Positions 41,087 to 49,686 of a stretch of DNA of 64,000 nt are shown piece by piece. The stretch is from positions 778-64,777 of the forward strand of contig CAVJNH010000003.1 of the NCBI GenBank assembly GCA_963651005.1. Direction: 5' to 3'. The notes beneath the pieces are model-generated. The model saw only the letters and a list, made by a program, of their open reading frames with translations. It ran no database searches and was not told where the DNA came from. Position 1 is the stretch's first letter, and each line of letters starts with the position of its first letter. The position numbers were made by a program, and so were the translations under genes. The stretch comes from Oscillibacter sp. MSJ-31 (GTDB lineage: Bacteria > Bacteroidota > Bacteroidia > Bacteroidales > Bacteroidaceae).

Positions 41087-42979
41087 ATGAAGAAATGGAC
41101 CATCGAAGATTCTAAGGAACTCTACAACATCAACGGCTGGGGCACCAGCTATTTCGGCATCAACGAACAGGGCAACGTCTGCGTCACGCCCCTCAAGGAC
41201 GGCACGCAGATAGACCTGCGCGAAGTGATGGACTCGCTGGCACTGCGCGACGTGCAGCCCCCCGTGCTGCTGCGCTTCCCCGACATCCTGGACAACCGCA
41301 TCGAGAAGACCTGGAGCTGCTTCAAGAAAGCCGCCAAGGAGTACGGCTACAAGGGCGAGAACTATGTGGTCTATCCCATCAAAGTGAACCAGATGCAGCC
41401 CGTCGTCGAGGAGATCATCTCGCACGGACGCAAGTTCAACCTCGGTCTGGAGGCCGGTTCGAAACCCGAACTCCACGCCGTCATCGCCATGCAGTGCCAG
41501 AGCGACAGCATCATCGTCTGCAACGGCTACAAGGACGAGAGCTACATCGAACTGGCCCTTCTGGCACAGAAGATGGGCAAAAAAATCTTCATTGTCGTGG
41601 AGAAGATGAACGAGCTGGAAATCATCGCACGGAAAGCCCGGAAGATGGGCATCCGCCCCAACATCGGCATCCGCATCAAGCTCGCCTCCTCCGGCAGCGG
41701 CAAATGGGAAGAGAGCGGCGGCGACGCCAGCAAGTTCGGGCTGACCTCGGCGGAACTGCTCGATGCCCTGGCCCTGCTCGACAAAAAGGGCATGCGCGAC
41801 TGCCTGCGCCTGATCCATTTCCACATCGGTAGCCAGATAACCAAGATACGGCGCATACAGACCGCACTGCGCGAAGCCTCGCAGTTCTATATCCAGCTCC
41901 ATAGGATGGGCTACAACGTCGACTTCGTGGACTGCGGAGGCGGACTCGGCGTGGACTACGACGGCACGCGGTCGCCCTCCAGCGAAAGCTCCGTCAACTA
42001 CTCCATCCAGGAGTACGTCAACGACTGCATCTACACCTTCGTCGACGCAGCCGACAAGAACGGACTGCCACACCCGAACCTCATCACGGAGAGCGGACGA
42101 TCACTGGCCGCCCACCATTCCGTGCTCGTCTTCGACGTGCTGGAGACGGCCTCGTTGCCCGAGATGCCCGAGGAGTTCGAGCCCGACGAGAACAGCCACC
42201 AACTGGTCCGCGACCTCTACGAAATCTGGGACAACCTGTCGCCGCGCAACGTGCTGGAGGACTGGCACGATGCGGAACAGATACGCGAGGAGGTGCTCGA
42301 CCTCTTCTCCCACGGCATCGTGGACTTGAAGACCCGCGCCGAAATCGAGGCCATGTACTGGAGCGTGTGCCACGAAATCAACGCGCTGGCCAAGAACCTG
42401 AAGCACATTCCCGAGGAACTGATGAACATCGACAAGCTCCTGGCCGACAAATATTTCTGTAACTTCTCGCTCTTCCAGAGCCTCAGCGACTCGTGGGCCA
42501 TCGACCAGATGTTCCCCATCATGCCCATCCAGCGTCTCGGCGAGCGTCCCACACGCAACGCGACACTGCAGGACATCACCTGCGACTCGGACGGCAAGAT
42601 TGTCAATTTCGTGACCAACCGCCACAACTCCCACTCGCTGCCCGTCCACCCGTTGCGGCGCGACGAGCCTTACTACTTGGGGGTCTTCCTCGTGGGAGCC
42701 TACCAGGAAATTCTGGGCGATATGCACAACCTCTTCGGCGACACGACAGCCGTACACATCTCGGTGCAGGACGGCAGTTGGAACATCGACCAGGTCATTG
42801 ATGGCGAGACCGTGGCGGAGGTGCTCGAATACGTGCAGTACGAGCCCAAGAAACTGGTGCGGCAACTGGAGATATGGGTCAGCAAGAGTGTCAAGCAGGG
42901 GAAGATTTCGCTGGAGGAGGGTAGGGAGTTCCTCTCCACCTACCGCAGCGGCCTCTACGGCTACACCTATCTAGAGTAG
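41087..42979 (+). CDS. speA: Biosynthetic arginine decarboxylase
   Basis: YPIKVNQ, EAGSKPEL, HFHIGSQ, TCDSDG. Confidence 0.96.
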   Translation: MKKWTIEDSKELYNINGWGTSYFGINEQGNVCVTPLKDGTQIDLREVMDSLALRDVQPPVLLRFPDILDNRIEKTWSCFKKAAKEYGYKGENYVVYPIKVNQMQPVVEEIISHGRKFNLGLEAGSKPELHAVIAMQCQSDSIIVCNGYKDESYIELALLAQKMGKKIFIVVEKMNELEIIARKARKMGIRPNIGIRIKLASSGSGKWEESGGDASKFGLTSAELLDALALLDKKGMRDCLRLIHFHIGSQITKIRRIQTALREASQFYIQLHRMGYNVDFVDCGGGLGVDYDGTRSPSSESSVNYSIQEYVNDCIYTFVDAADKNGLPHPNLITESGRSLAAHHSVLVFDVLETASLPEMPEEFEPDENSHQLVRDLYEIWDNLSPRNVLEDWHDAEQIREEVLDLFSHGIVDLKTRAEIEAMYWSVCHEINALAKNLKHIPEELMNIDKLLADKYFCNFSLFQSLSDSWAIDQMFPIMPIQRLGERPTRNATLQDITCDSDGKIVNFVTNRHNSHSLPVHPLRRDEPYYLGVFLVGAYQEILGDMHNLFGDTTAVHISVQDGSWNIDQVIDGETVAEVLEYVQYEPKKLVRQLEIWVSKSVKQGKISLEEGREFLSTYRSGLYGYTYLE

Positions 42980-43137
42980 TAGGCGTGCGGCGCACCACAC
43001 ACGCGTGGATTTTGCTGCAAATGCCGTAAATGAAACATGGGGTGTGGTAATGTGTTACACAGGAGAATGGAAATGTGCCCGGAAATGTGTAACTTTGCAG
43101 CCGATAAGTCTGGAAAATAACAAAAACCAAAACGATA

Positions 43138-44571
43138 ATGGCACAAATGACACAACAAACAGAGAAGAAGGGCTTCTACAAGCTCTCGTGGTTACAGCGT
43201 ATCGGATTCGGGTCTGGCGATCTGGCACAGAACCTGATTTACCAGACCGTCTGCATGTATCTCCTGTTCTTTTATACCGACATCTACGGACTCAGCCCCG
43301 CTGCCGCCGCCACCATGTTCCTGGTGGTGCGGCTGGTGGACGTGCTCTGGGACCCGCTGGTGGGGACATACGTCGACAAGCACCATCCCCGGTGGGGCAA
43401 GTACCGCTCCTGGCTCGTGTTGGCCGGACTGCCGCTCACCGTGCTGGCCATCCTGTGCTTCTGGAACGGGATGGAGGGGCATTCTTCCACAGCCAAGCTG
43501 GTCTATGCCTACGTGACCTACGTGGGACTGTCCATGCTCTACACGCTGATTAACGTACCCTACGGCGCACTGAACTCCTCCCTGACGCGCGACACGGACG
43601 AAATCACCGTGCTCACCTCCGTCCGTATGTTCATGGCCAACGTGGGCGGACTCTGCGTGTCGGCAGGCGTGCCCATCCTCGTGGCCGTGCTGGCCGCCGC
43701 CAAGGACCTGCCCATAGAGATGGCTCTCTTCATGGGACTCGGCTCCCTGCCTTCCTTCATCTTCATGCCATTGGTGCCCGCCATCAAGAAGCGCGTGGGC
43801 AAGAAGAATATGTTCTACATCTTCCTCACCGTCGCCATCATCGGCATGGCCATGCTCTACGTCATCAGCAAGGCAGGCCCCGTGAAGGACAACATCACGC
43901 TGGTCTACATCGCCCAGTTCATCAAGTCGACCGGTGTCATCGTCGCCACAGGCTATATGTGGGCCTTGATTCCCGAGGTCATTTCCTTCGCGGAATACAC
44001 GGGCGGCAAGCGCATCGCCGGCATCGTCAACGCCCTGACGGGCATCTTCTACAAGGCCGGAATGGCCCTGGGCGGCGTAGTGCCCGGAGCCGTGCTCGCC
44101 TGGACCGGCTACCGCGCCACGGCAGCACAGGAAGGCAGCACACTCCCTGCCGACAGCAACGCCTGGTTCGTCGCCATGCTCATCTATGCCCTCGTGGGTT
44201 TCGCCCTGCTCGTCTTCTGCTTCACACAGACCAAGGAGCGCGTGGTCATGGACGAGAAGGAGACCAAGAACGTGAAGGTGAGCGACCTCTGGACGGAATT
44301 TTTCCACAACCGCCCGCTCCGCGTCGTGGCCCTCTTCTTCATCACGGCCTTTGCCATGATGTCGGTGGGCAATGCCGCAGGAGCCTACTTCATGAACGGA
44401 CTGGAACAGCAGAGTCCGCTCGCTCAGGAGGGCATCCGCTGGTTGGTGTGCGTCATTCCTGCCATCTTGCTCGCACTGGCCATGTTCATCATCTCCAAGT
44501 ATGAACTGACCGACGAGGTGATTGACAACATCAATATGGAGATAGAAAAGCGCGGAACCATCGGCGAATAA
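43138..44571 (+). CDS. GPH-family (MelB/xyloside) cation symporter with internally permuted helix order
   Basis: GFGSGDLAQN, DVLWDP, GKYR, NVPY; TKERV/NRP block displaced toward the C-terminus; TAACTTTG promoter at 43090-43097. Confidence 0.9.
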   Translation: MAQMTQQTEKKGFYKLSWLQRIGFGSGDLAQNLIYQTVCMYLLFFYTDIYGLSPAAAATMFLVVRLVDVLWDPLVGTYVDKHHPRWGKYRSWLVLAGLPLTVLAILCFWNGMEGHSSTAKLVYAYVTYVGLSMLYTLINVPYGALNSSLTRDTDEITVLTSVRMFMANVGGLCVSAGVPILVAVLAAAKDLPIEMALFMGLGSLPSFIFMPLVPAIKKRVGKKNMFYIFLTVAIIGMAMLYVISKAGPVKDNITLVYIAQFIKSTGVIVATGYMWALIPEVISFAEYTGGKRIAGIVNALTGIFYKAGMALGGVVPGAVLAWTGYRATAAQEGSTLPADSNAWFVAMLIYALVGFALLVFCFTQTKERVVMDEKETKNVKVSDLWTEFFHNRPLRVVALFFITAFAMMSVGNAAGAYFMNGLEQQSPLAQEGIRWLVCVIPAILLALAMFIISKYELTDEVIDNINMEIEKRGTIGE

Positions 44572-44581
44572 CGGGTTACTT

Positions 44582-44613
44582 TTTGGCTTTTCGCCCATTT
44601 TACACTACCTTTG
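44582..44613 (+). promoter_or_regulatory. argB promoter
   Basis: TTTG (44582-44585), 20-nt spacer, TACCTTTG (44606-44613). Confidence 0.7.
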
Positions 44614-44646
44614 CAGACGGAAAGAAGCAAAGGTAGTGTAAAATGG
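44595..44646. repeat. Perfect 20-bp inverted repeat with 12-nt spacer
   Basis: CCATTTTACACTACCTTTGC / GCAAAGGTAGTGTAAAATGG. Confidence 0.95.
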
Positions 44647-45413
44647 AAAAAATGACAATCGTGAAAGTGGGCGGAGCCGTCGTCGAGGACGAGGCACAGA
44701 CCGCCCGCCTGTTGAAGGATTTTGCCGCTCTGGAAGGTCGGAAAGTGCTGGTGCACGGCGGCGGACGCAGTGCGACGAAAATCGCCGCCGCCCTCGGCAT
44801 TGAGAGCGAGATGGTCAACGGACGGCGCATCACGGGAGCCGATATGCTCCGCGTGGTGACGATGGTCTACGGCGGACTGGTCAACAAGCAACTGGTGGCG
44901 CGGCTTCAGGCCGCCGGTGTCAATGCGCTCGGACTGACCGGTGCCGACATGGACGTGATCCGCAGCCACCGGCGACCGCCCAAGGACGGCGTGGACTATG
45001 GCTTCGTGGGCGACGTAGACCGCGCAGACGGCGGATGCCTGCATCGCCTCGTCAGCGCAGGCGTTACACCCGTCATGGCTCCGCTGACCCACGACGGACA
45101 GGGGAACATCCTCAACACCAATGCCGACACCATTGCTGCCGAAACGGCCAAAGCCCTCGCGCCCTACTACGACGTGACGCTCGTCTATTGCTTTGAGAAG
45201 AAAGGCGTGCTCCGCAATCCCGACGACGAGGACAGCGTCATCGCGGAAATCACACGGGAGGACTACGAACGCTACAAGGCCGACGGCACCGTCGCAGGTG
45301 GCATGATTCCCAAACTCGACAACGCCTTCGACACCCTCCGCAACGGCGTGAAACGCGTGGTCATCACCCAGGCCGCTGCCATCGACGGACACCACGGCAC
45401 CGTGGTCCGCTAA
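44643..45413 (+). CDS. argB: Acetylglutamate kinase
   Basis: VKVGG, VHGGG, GRRIT, NTNAD, GGMIPK. Confidence 0.95.
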   Translation: MEKMTIVKVGGAVVEDEAQTARLLKDFAALEGRKVLVHGGGRSATKIAAALGIESEMVNGRRITGADMLRVVTMVYGGLVNKQLVARLQAAGVNALGLTGADMDVIRSHRRPPKDGVDYGFVGDVDRADGGCLHRLVSAGVTPVMAPLTHDGQGNILNTNADTIAAETAKALAPYYDVTLVYCFEKKGVLRNPDDEDSVIAEITREDYERYKADGTVAGGMIPKLDNAFDTLRNGVKRVVITQAAAIDGHHGTVVR

Positions 45414-45442
45414 GCCCGGACGAAAAATTTTTTCGTCCACGC

Positions 45443-45471
45443 TGTAACTTTTCCACATCACAAACGTCTTA
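45443..45471 (+). promoter_or_regulatory. ECF-type promoter, probably autoregulatory
   Basis: TGTAAC, 16-nt spacer, CGTCTTA, directly upstream of the sigma gene. Confidence 0.65.
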
Positions 45472-45483
45472 CCAATAGAGAGG

Positions 45484-46002
45484 ATGAAAGCAATCAGTTT
45501 CCGAAACGATGTCCTGCCATTGAAAAACCTGCTCTACAGGTTGGCGCTCCGCATCACCCTCAACCCTGCGGAGGCAGAGGACGCGGTACAGGAAACCATG
45601 ATGAAGGTGTGGAAACGGCGCGAGAGCTGGGACACGATAGACAATATCGAAGCCTTCTGCGTCACCACGTGCCGAAACCTCTCCCTCGACATGGTGCGCC
45701 GCCGCGGACGGCTGGAAATCCCGCTCGACAGCGTGGCTACCGAACCCGCAGACAACGGCAGCGCAGCAAACCCCGAGGAACAGGCTGTACGGCGCGACAG
45801 CGCGGCGCTCGTCCGCCGGATCATCGACAGCCTGCCCGAGAAGCAAAGAAGCACCATGCAACTGCGCGACATCGAGGGGAGAAGCTATAAGGAGATTGCC
45901 GTCCTGCTGGACATCAGTGAAGAACAGGTGAAGGTGAACATCTACAGGGCACGGCAAGCCGTCAGACAACAATTCAAGAAAACAGAGCATTATGGACTAT
46001 AA
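45484..46002 (+). CDS. ECF RNA polymerase sigma factor
   Basis: AEDAVQE (region 2) and SYKEIA...VKVNIYRAR (region 4). Confidence 0.93.
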   Translation: MKAISFRNDVLPLKNLLYRLALRITLNPAEAEDAVQETMMKVWKRRESWDTIDNIEAFCVTTCRNLSLDMVRRRGRLEIPLDSVATEPADNGSAANPEEQAVRRDSAALVRRIIDSLPEKQRSTMQLRDIEGRSYKEIAVLLDISEEQVKVNIYRARQAVRQQFKKTEHYGL

Positions 46003-46483
46003 GTACATTGAACAACTCATGGAACGCTACTGGGCAGCGGAAACCTCGCTCGAAGAGGAGGACATTCTGCGCACCTTCTTCAGCCAGCAGGACATCCCTG
46101 CCGAACTGGAGCAGTATCGGCCGCTCTTTGCCTGCCTGCAGCAGGAGGCTGCCGTGGAGCTGGGAGATGACTTTGACCGGCGGATGCTCGCCATGACCGC
46201 CTCACACGCTCCGCAGCCCGTGCGGGCGCGTACCGTCTCCCTGCGCTGGCAGTTGCGGCCGCTCTTCAGGGCTGCCGCCGCCGTGGCCATCGTCTTTTCG
46301 GTGGGCGGAGCACTGCAACACCCGTGGGATGCCCGTTGGAACGCCCCACGCGACAACTACGCCAACTCCTTCGTCCAGCAGATTGACTCTGCCGACACCG
46401 TCGTGCCCATGCAGGCAGAGAACCTCTCCGATGCACCGGCAGACAGCAGTAGGGTCACAGGCGGTGAGGTTCACAAGGAATGA
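45992..46483 (+). CDS. Putative anti-sigma factor (single-TM protein)
   Basis: Overlaps the sigma stop; helical N-terminal domain (RYWAAETSLEEE) followed by TM AAAAVAIVF. Confidence 0.65.
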   Translation: MDYKYIEQLMERYWAAETSLEEEDILRTFFSQQDIPAELEQYRPLFACLQQEAAVELGDDFDRRMLAMTASHAPQPVRARTVSLRWQLRPLFRAAAAVAIVFSVGGALQHPWDARWNAPRDNYANSFVQQIDSADTVVPMQAENLSDAPADSSRVTGGEVHKE

Positions 46484-46585
46484 ATATTTTCTATGCTTTC
46501 TCTAAATAAATCATTTACATTAATTAAAACACAAACGAAACTGTGAAGTTTCACTTCTCTCAAATTTTTCATAACATACTAACGA

Positions 46586-46619
46586 AGCGAGCCGCCCGTC
46601 CAAAGACAGGCGGCTCGCT
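46586..46619 (+). terminator. Strong GC hairpin, probable 3' end of the ECF operon transcript
   Basis: 11-bp stem AGCGAGCCGCC/GGCGGCTCGCT; weak U-tract. Confidence 0.5.
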
Positions 46620-46699
46620 CACATTGCGGATTACGGAAAGAGCCTTTTGAGAATTCCACGAACTTTTGTACCTTTGCCGGAAAATCAAGACACAAACCG

Positions 46700-47935
46700 A
46701 TGAAAAGAAAAATGGTTTTGGTCGGTGCGCTTGCCTTGCTCTGCGGAGCGGCAGGTGCAGAGACGGGAGACAGTCTCACGACCGGGACATGGGAGCGGCG
46801 AGACCTCACCTCCTCCAGACTCTACCGGACTACCTTTGCAGGTCTGCCCCTGATAGTGACGGGAGCCGCCATGGTCGGCGAGGACGTGCATTTCCGCAGG
46901 CTTCGCAACGACTACGCCAGAGAGTTCCACCGCCCCTTCGACAATTATACGCAATATGTTCCGGGAGCGGTGATGCTGGGTCTGAAAGCCTTCGGGGTAG
47001 AGAGCCGGAGCGACTGGAACCGGATGTTGGTGTCGGACGCTTTCTCCATGGTGCTGATGGCCTCCGTGGTGCAGTCGGTGAAGCATACGACGAACGTGAT
47101 GCGCCCCGACGGCACCGACAACCATTCCTTTCCGTCCGGGCATACGGCCACCGCTTTCATGACCGCCACCATGCTCACCAAGGAGTATGGACACATCTCG
47201 CCTTGGATTGGTGTGGGAGCCTACTCCTTCGCCACAGCCACCGGACTGGGGCGCATTGCCAACAACAAACACTGGCTCAGCGACGTGCTGACAGGGGCAG
47301 GCATCGGCATCATCTCCACCGAACTGGGTTACTACATCGCCGACCTCCTCTTCAAGGAAAAGGGCATCCACCACCATGACGCGCCTAACACTTTCTCGCG
47401 TCAGGACAAGCCCTCCTTTCTGGGCGTCTATTTCGGTGCGAATGTCCCGTTGAGCCGTTACGACCTCTCTGAAACACAGGAGTTCCGCACCTCAACGGGC
47501 AGTCTGGCGGGTGTAGAGGGAGCCTGGTTCTGGAATCCCTACCTCGGCGTGGGAGGGCGGCTGACGGTCTCCAATACGCACATCATCACAACGGAGGGTC
47601 AGGCGGAAAGCGTGGCAGAGGACGACAACTTTGATGCCCTGTCAGCCATGGCCGGTCTCTATTTCTCCTATCCACTCACTGCGAGGTGGAACGTCGGGAG
47701 CAAGCTGCTGTCCGGCTACGCCGCCTATCCCCGACTGGAACTGGCCAACGGCAACACCGTTCCTCGAAAAGGCGGTGTCTGCTTCGGGAGCGGCCTCTCC
47801 GTCTCCTATAAAATACGGAAGGGGTACGGCATCCGGTTCTTCCTCGATTATAACTTACAGCCAGCGCACAGTCATCACACTGGAGAGTGGATGAGTACGC
47901 TGGCTGTAGGCTCTACGTTCGGGATTCTCTTCTGA
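46700..47935 (+). CDS. PAP2-family phosphatase fused to a C-terminal beta-barrel-like domain
   Basis: K-x6-RP, SFPSGH and R-x5-H-x3-D motifs; beta-rich C-terminal half ending in Phe. Confidence 0.8.
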   Translation: MKRKMVLVGALALLCGAAGAETGDSLTTGTWERRDLTSSRLYRTTFAGLPLIVTGAAMVGEDVHFRRLRNDYAREFHRPFDNYTQYVPGAVMLGLKAFGVESRSDWNRMLVSDAFSMVLMASVVQSVKHTTNVMRPDGTDNHSFPSGHTATAFMTATMLTKEYGHISPWIGVGAYSFATATGLGRIANNKHWLSDVLTGAGIGIISTELGYYIADLLFKEKGIHHHDAPNTFSRQDKPSFLGVYFGANVPLSRYDLSETQEFRTSTGSLAGVEGAWFWNPYLGVGGRLTVSNTHIITTEGQAESVAEDDNFDALSAMAGLYFSYPLTARWNVGSKLLSGYAAYPRLELANGNTVPRKGGVCFGSGLSVSYKIRKGYGIRFFLDYNLQPAHSHHTGEWMSTLAVGSTFGILF

Positions 47936-47957
47936 CCGGGAACCCCAATCTTATTAT

Positions 47958-49685
47958 TTATTCGGCGGCAGGATCTTCGGCTGCACGGAAAGCGGCGAGG
48001 TCTTCCACCTGGAAATGCTGGATGTAGGCCGCCTTTCCGATCACGTCCTCCTCGGTCATGCGCACATAGACCTCGGCCGACTTGGCAAAGAGTTCGGGAG
48101 CGCGGGTCGCATCGTCGAGGATGAGGAGCGACATGACAATCTCGCAGGTCATGTCATAAAGGCGGCGAGCCAGGAAATCATGGGCTTCCTTGCTGTCCAG
48201 TTCCTTCACGCGGTTAAGTGCTGCCTCATAGACCGGAATCAACTGCTCCACACGTGCCTTCAGCGGCTGGAGCGACTCCGCCACCTCGGCAGTGGCCATG
48301 TCCTGGATGTTCTTGAGCATGGTGCCGTTGGTGATGTAGCGGATGGCGGCCACCACCTGTAGTTGGGTGGTTCCCTCGTAGATGGAGAAGATGCGCGCAT
48401 CGCGGAACAGCCGTTGGCTCTTGTACTCCATGATGAAGCCCGAACCGCCATGGATGCTGATGGCATCATAGGCGTTCTGGTTGGCATATTCGGAGTTCAT
48501 GCCCTTGGCCATGGGCGTGAAGGCATCGGCCAACCGTTGGTACTTCTTCATCTCCTGCTTCTCCTCGGGCGTGAGCTTGCGGTCGCGCTCGATGTCCTCC
48601 AATGCCTTGTAGATGTCCACGTAGCGGGCGGTCTGATAGAGCAGGGAGCGTCCGGCATCGAGTTTGGCCTTCATGCGCGACAGCATATCGTAGACAGCCG
48701 GGAAGTGGATGATCTTCTCTCCGAACTGGGCACGCTCCTTGGCGTAGGCCAGTCCCTCGTTGTAGGCTTCCTGTTCCACACCGACACTCTGTGCGGCGAT
48801 GCCGAGACGGGCACCGTTCATCAGTGCCATGACGTATTTGATCAATCCGAGGCGCGTGCTGCCGCACAGCTCAGCCTTGGCGTTCTTGTAGGTCAGTTCG
48901 CAGGTGGGCGATCCGTGGATGCCGAGCTTATGCTCGATGTGGCGCACGTCGACACCACCCTGGTTCTTGTCGTAGATGAACATGGACAGGCCGCGTCCGT
49001 CCCTGGTGCCCTCCTCTGAACGGGCCAGCACAAGGTGGATGTCGGAGTCGCCGTTGGTGATGAAACGCTTCACGCCATTCAGCCGCCAGCAGTCCTCCTT
49101 CTCGTCGTAGGTGGCCTTGAGCATGACGTGCTGCAGGTCACTGCCGGCATCCGGCTCGGTCAAGTCCATGGACATGGTCTCGCCGGCACAGACGCGCGGG
49201 ATGTATTTCTGACGCTGTTCCTCGGAACCGAACTCATAGAGCGTGTCAATACAGCTCTGGAGGCTCCAGATGTTCTGGAAACCGGCATCGGCAGCCGAGA
49301 TGACCTCGCTGAGCATGGAGAACACCGTGTTGGGCAGGTTGAGGCCGCCGTAGCGACGAGGCATGGAGACCCCGTGAAGCCCAGCCTTGCGCGTGGCATC
49401 CAGGTTCTCGAACGTCTTGGAGGCGTAGATCATGCGCCCGTTCTCCAGGTGCGGCCCTTCCAGGTCGACGCTCTCGGAGTTCGGTTCGATGATGTTTGCC
49501 GCCACGTCCCCCGTGATGTCGAGAATCTGCTTGTAGTTCTCGATGGCATCGTTGTAGTCGACGGGTGCGTCCTCGAATTGGTCCTTGTCTTCGTAGTTCC
49601 TCTCCTTGAGTTCTACGATGCGCTCCATCAACGGGTGGTTGAGGTGGAACGCAATCTCGGGATGATCGCTATAATAGTTTGCCAT
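47958..49685 (-). CDS. Acyl-CoA dehydrogenase
   Basis: LTEPDAGSD, GVKRFIT, IYEGTTQLQ. Confidence 0.93.
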   Translation of the reverse strand: MANYYSDHPEIAFHLNHPLMERIVELKERNYEDKDQFEDAPVDYNDAIENYKQILDITGDVAANIIEPNSESVDLEGPHLENGRMIYASKTFENLDATRKAGLHGVSMPRRYGGLNLPNTVFSMLSEVISAADAGFQNIWSLQSCIDTLYEFGSEEQRQKYIPRVCAGETMSMDLTEPDAGSDLQHVMLKATYDEKEDCWRLNGVKRFITNGDSDIHLVLARSEEGTRDGRGLSMFIYDKNQGGVDVRHIEHKLGIHGSPTCELTYKNAKAELCGSTRLGLIKYVMALMNGARLGIAAQSVGVEQEAYNEGLAYAKERAQFGEKIIHFPAVYDMLSRMKAKLDAGRSLLYQTARYVDIYKALEDIERDRKLTPEEKQEMKKYQRLADAFTPMAKGMNSEYANQNAYDAISIHGGSGFIMEYKSQRLFRDARIFSIYEGTTQLQVVAAIRYITNGTMLKNIQDMATAEVAESLQPLKARVEQLIPVYEAALNRVKELDSKEAHDFLARRLYDMTCEIVMSLLILDDATRAPELFAKSAEVYVRMTEEDVIGKAAYIQHFQVEDLAAFRAAEDPAAE

Positions 49686-49686
49686 G

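Noticed and set aside
44595..44646. Invertible (phase-variable) promoter interpretation of the argB inverted repeat
   Set aside because: The promoter box lies in the arms and the spacer is only 12 nt, so inversion would not reorient it; no recombinase gene is nearby.
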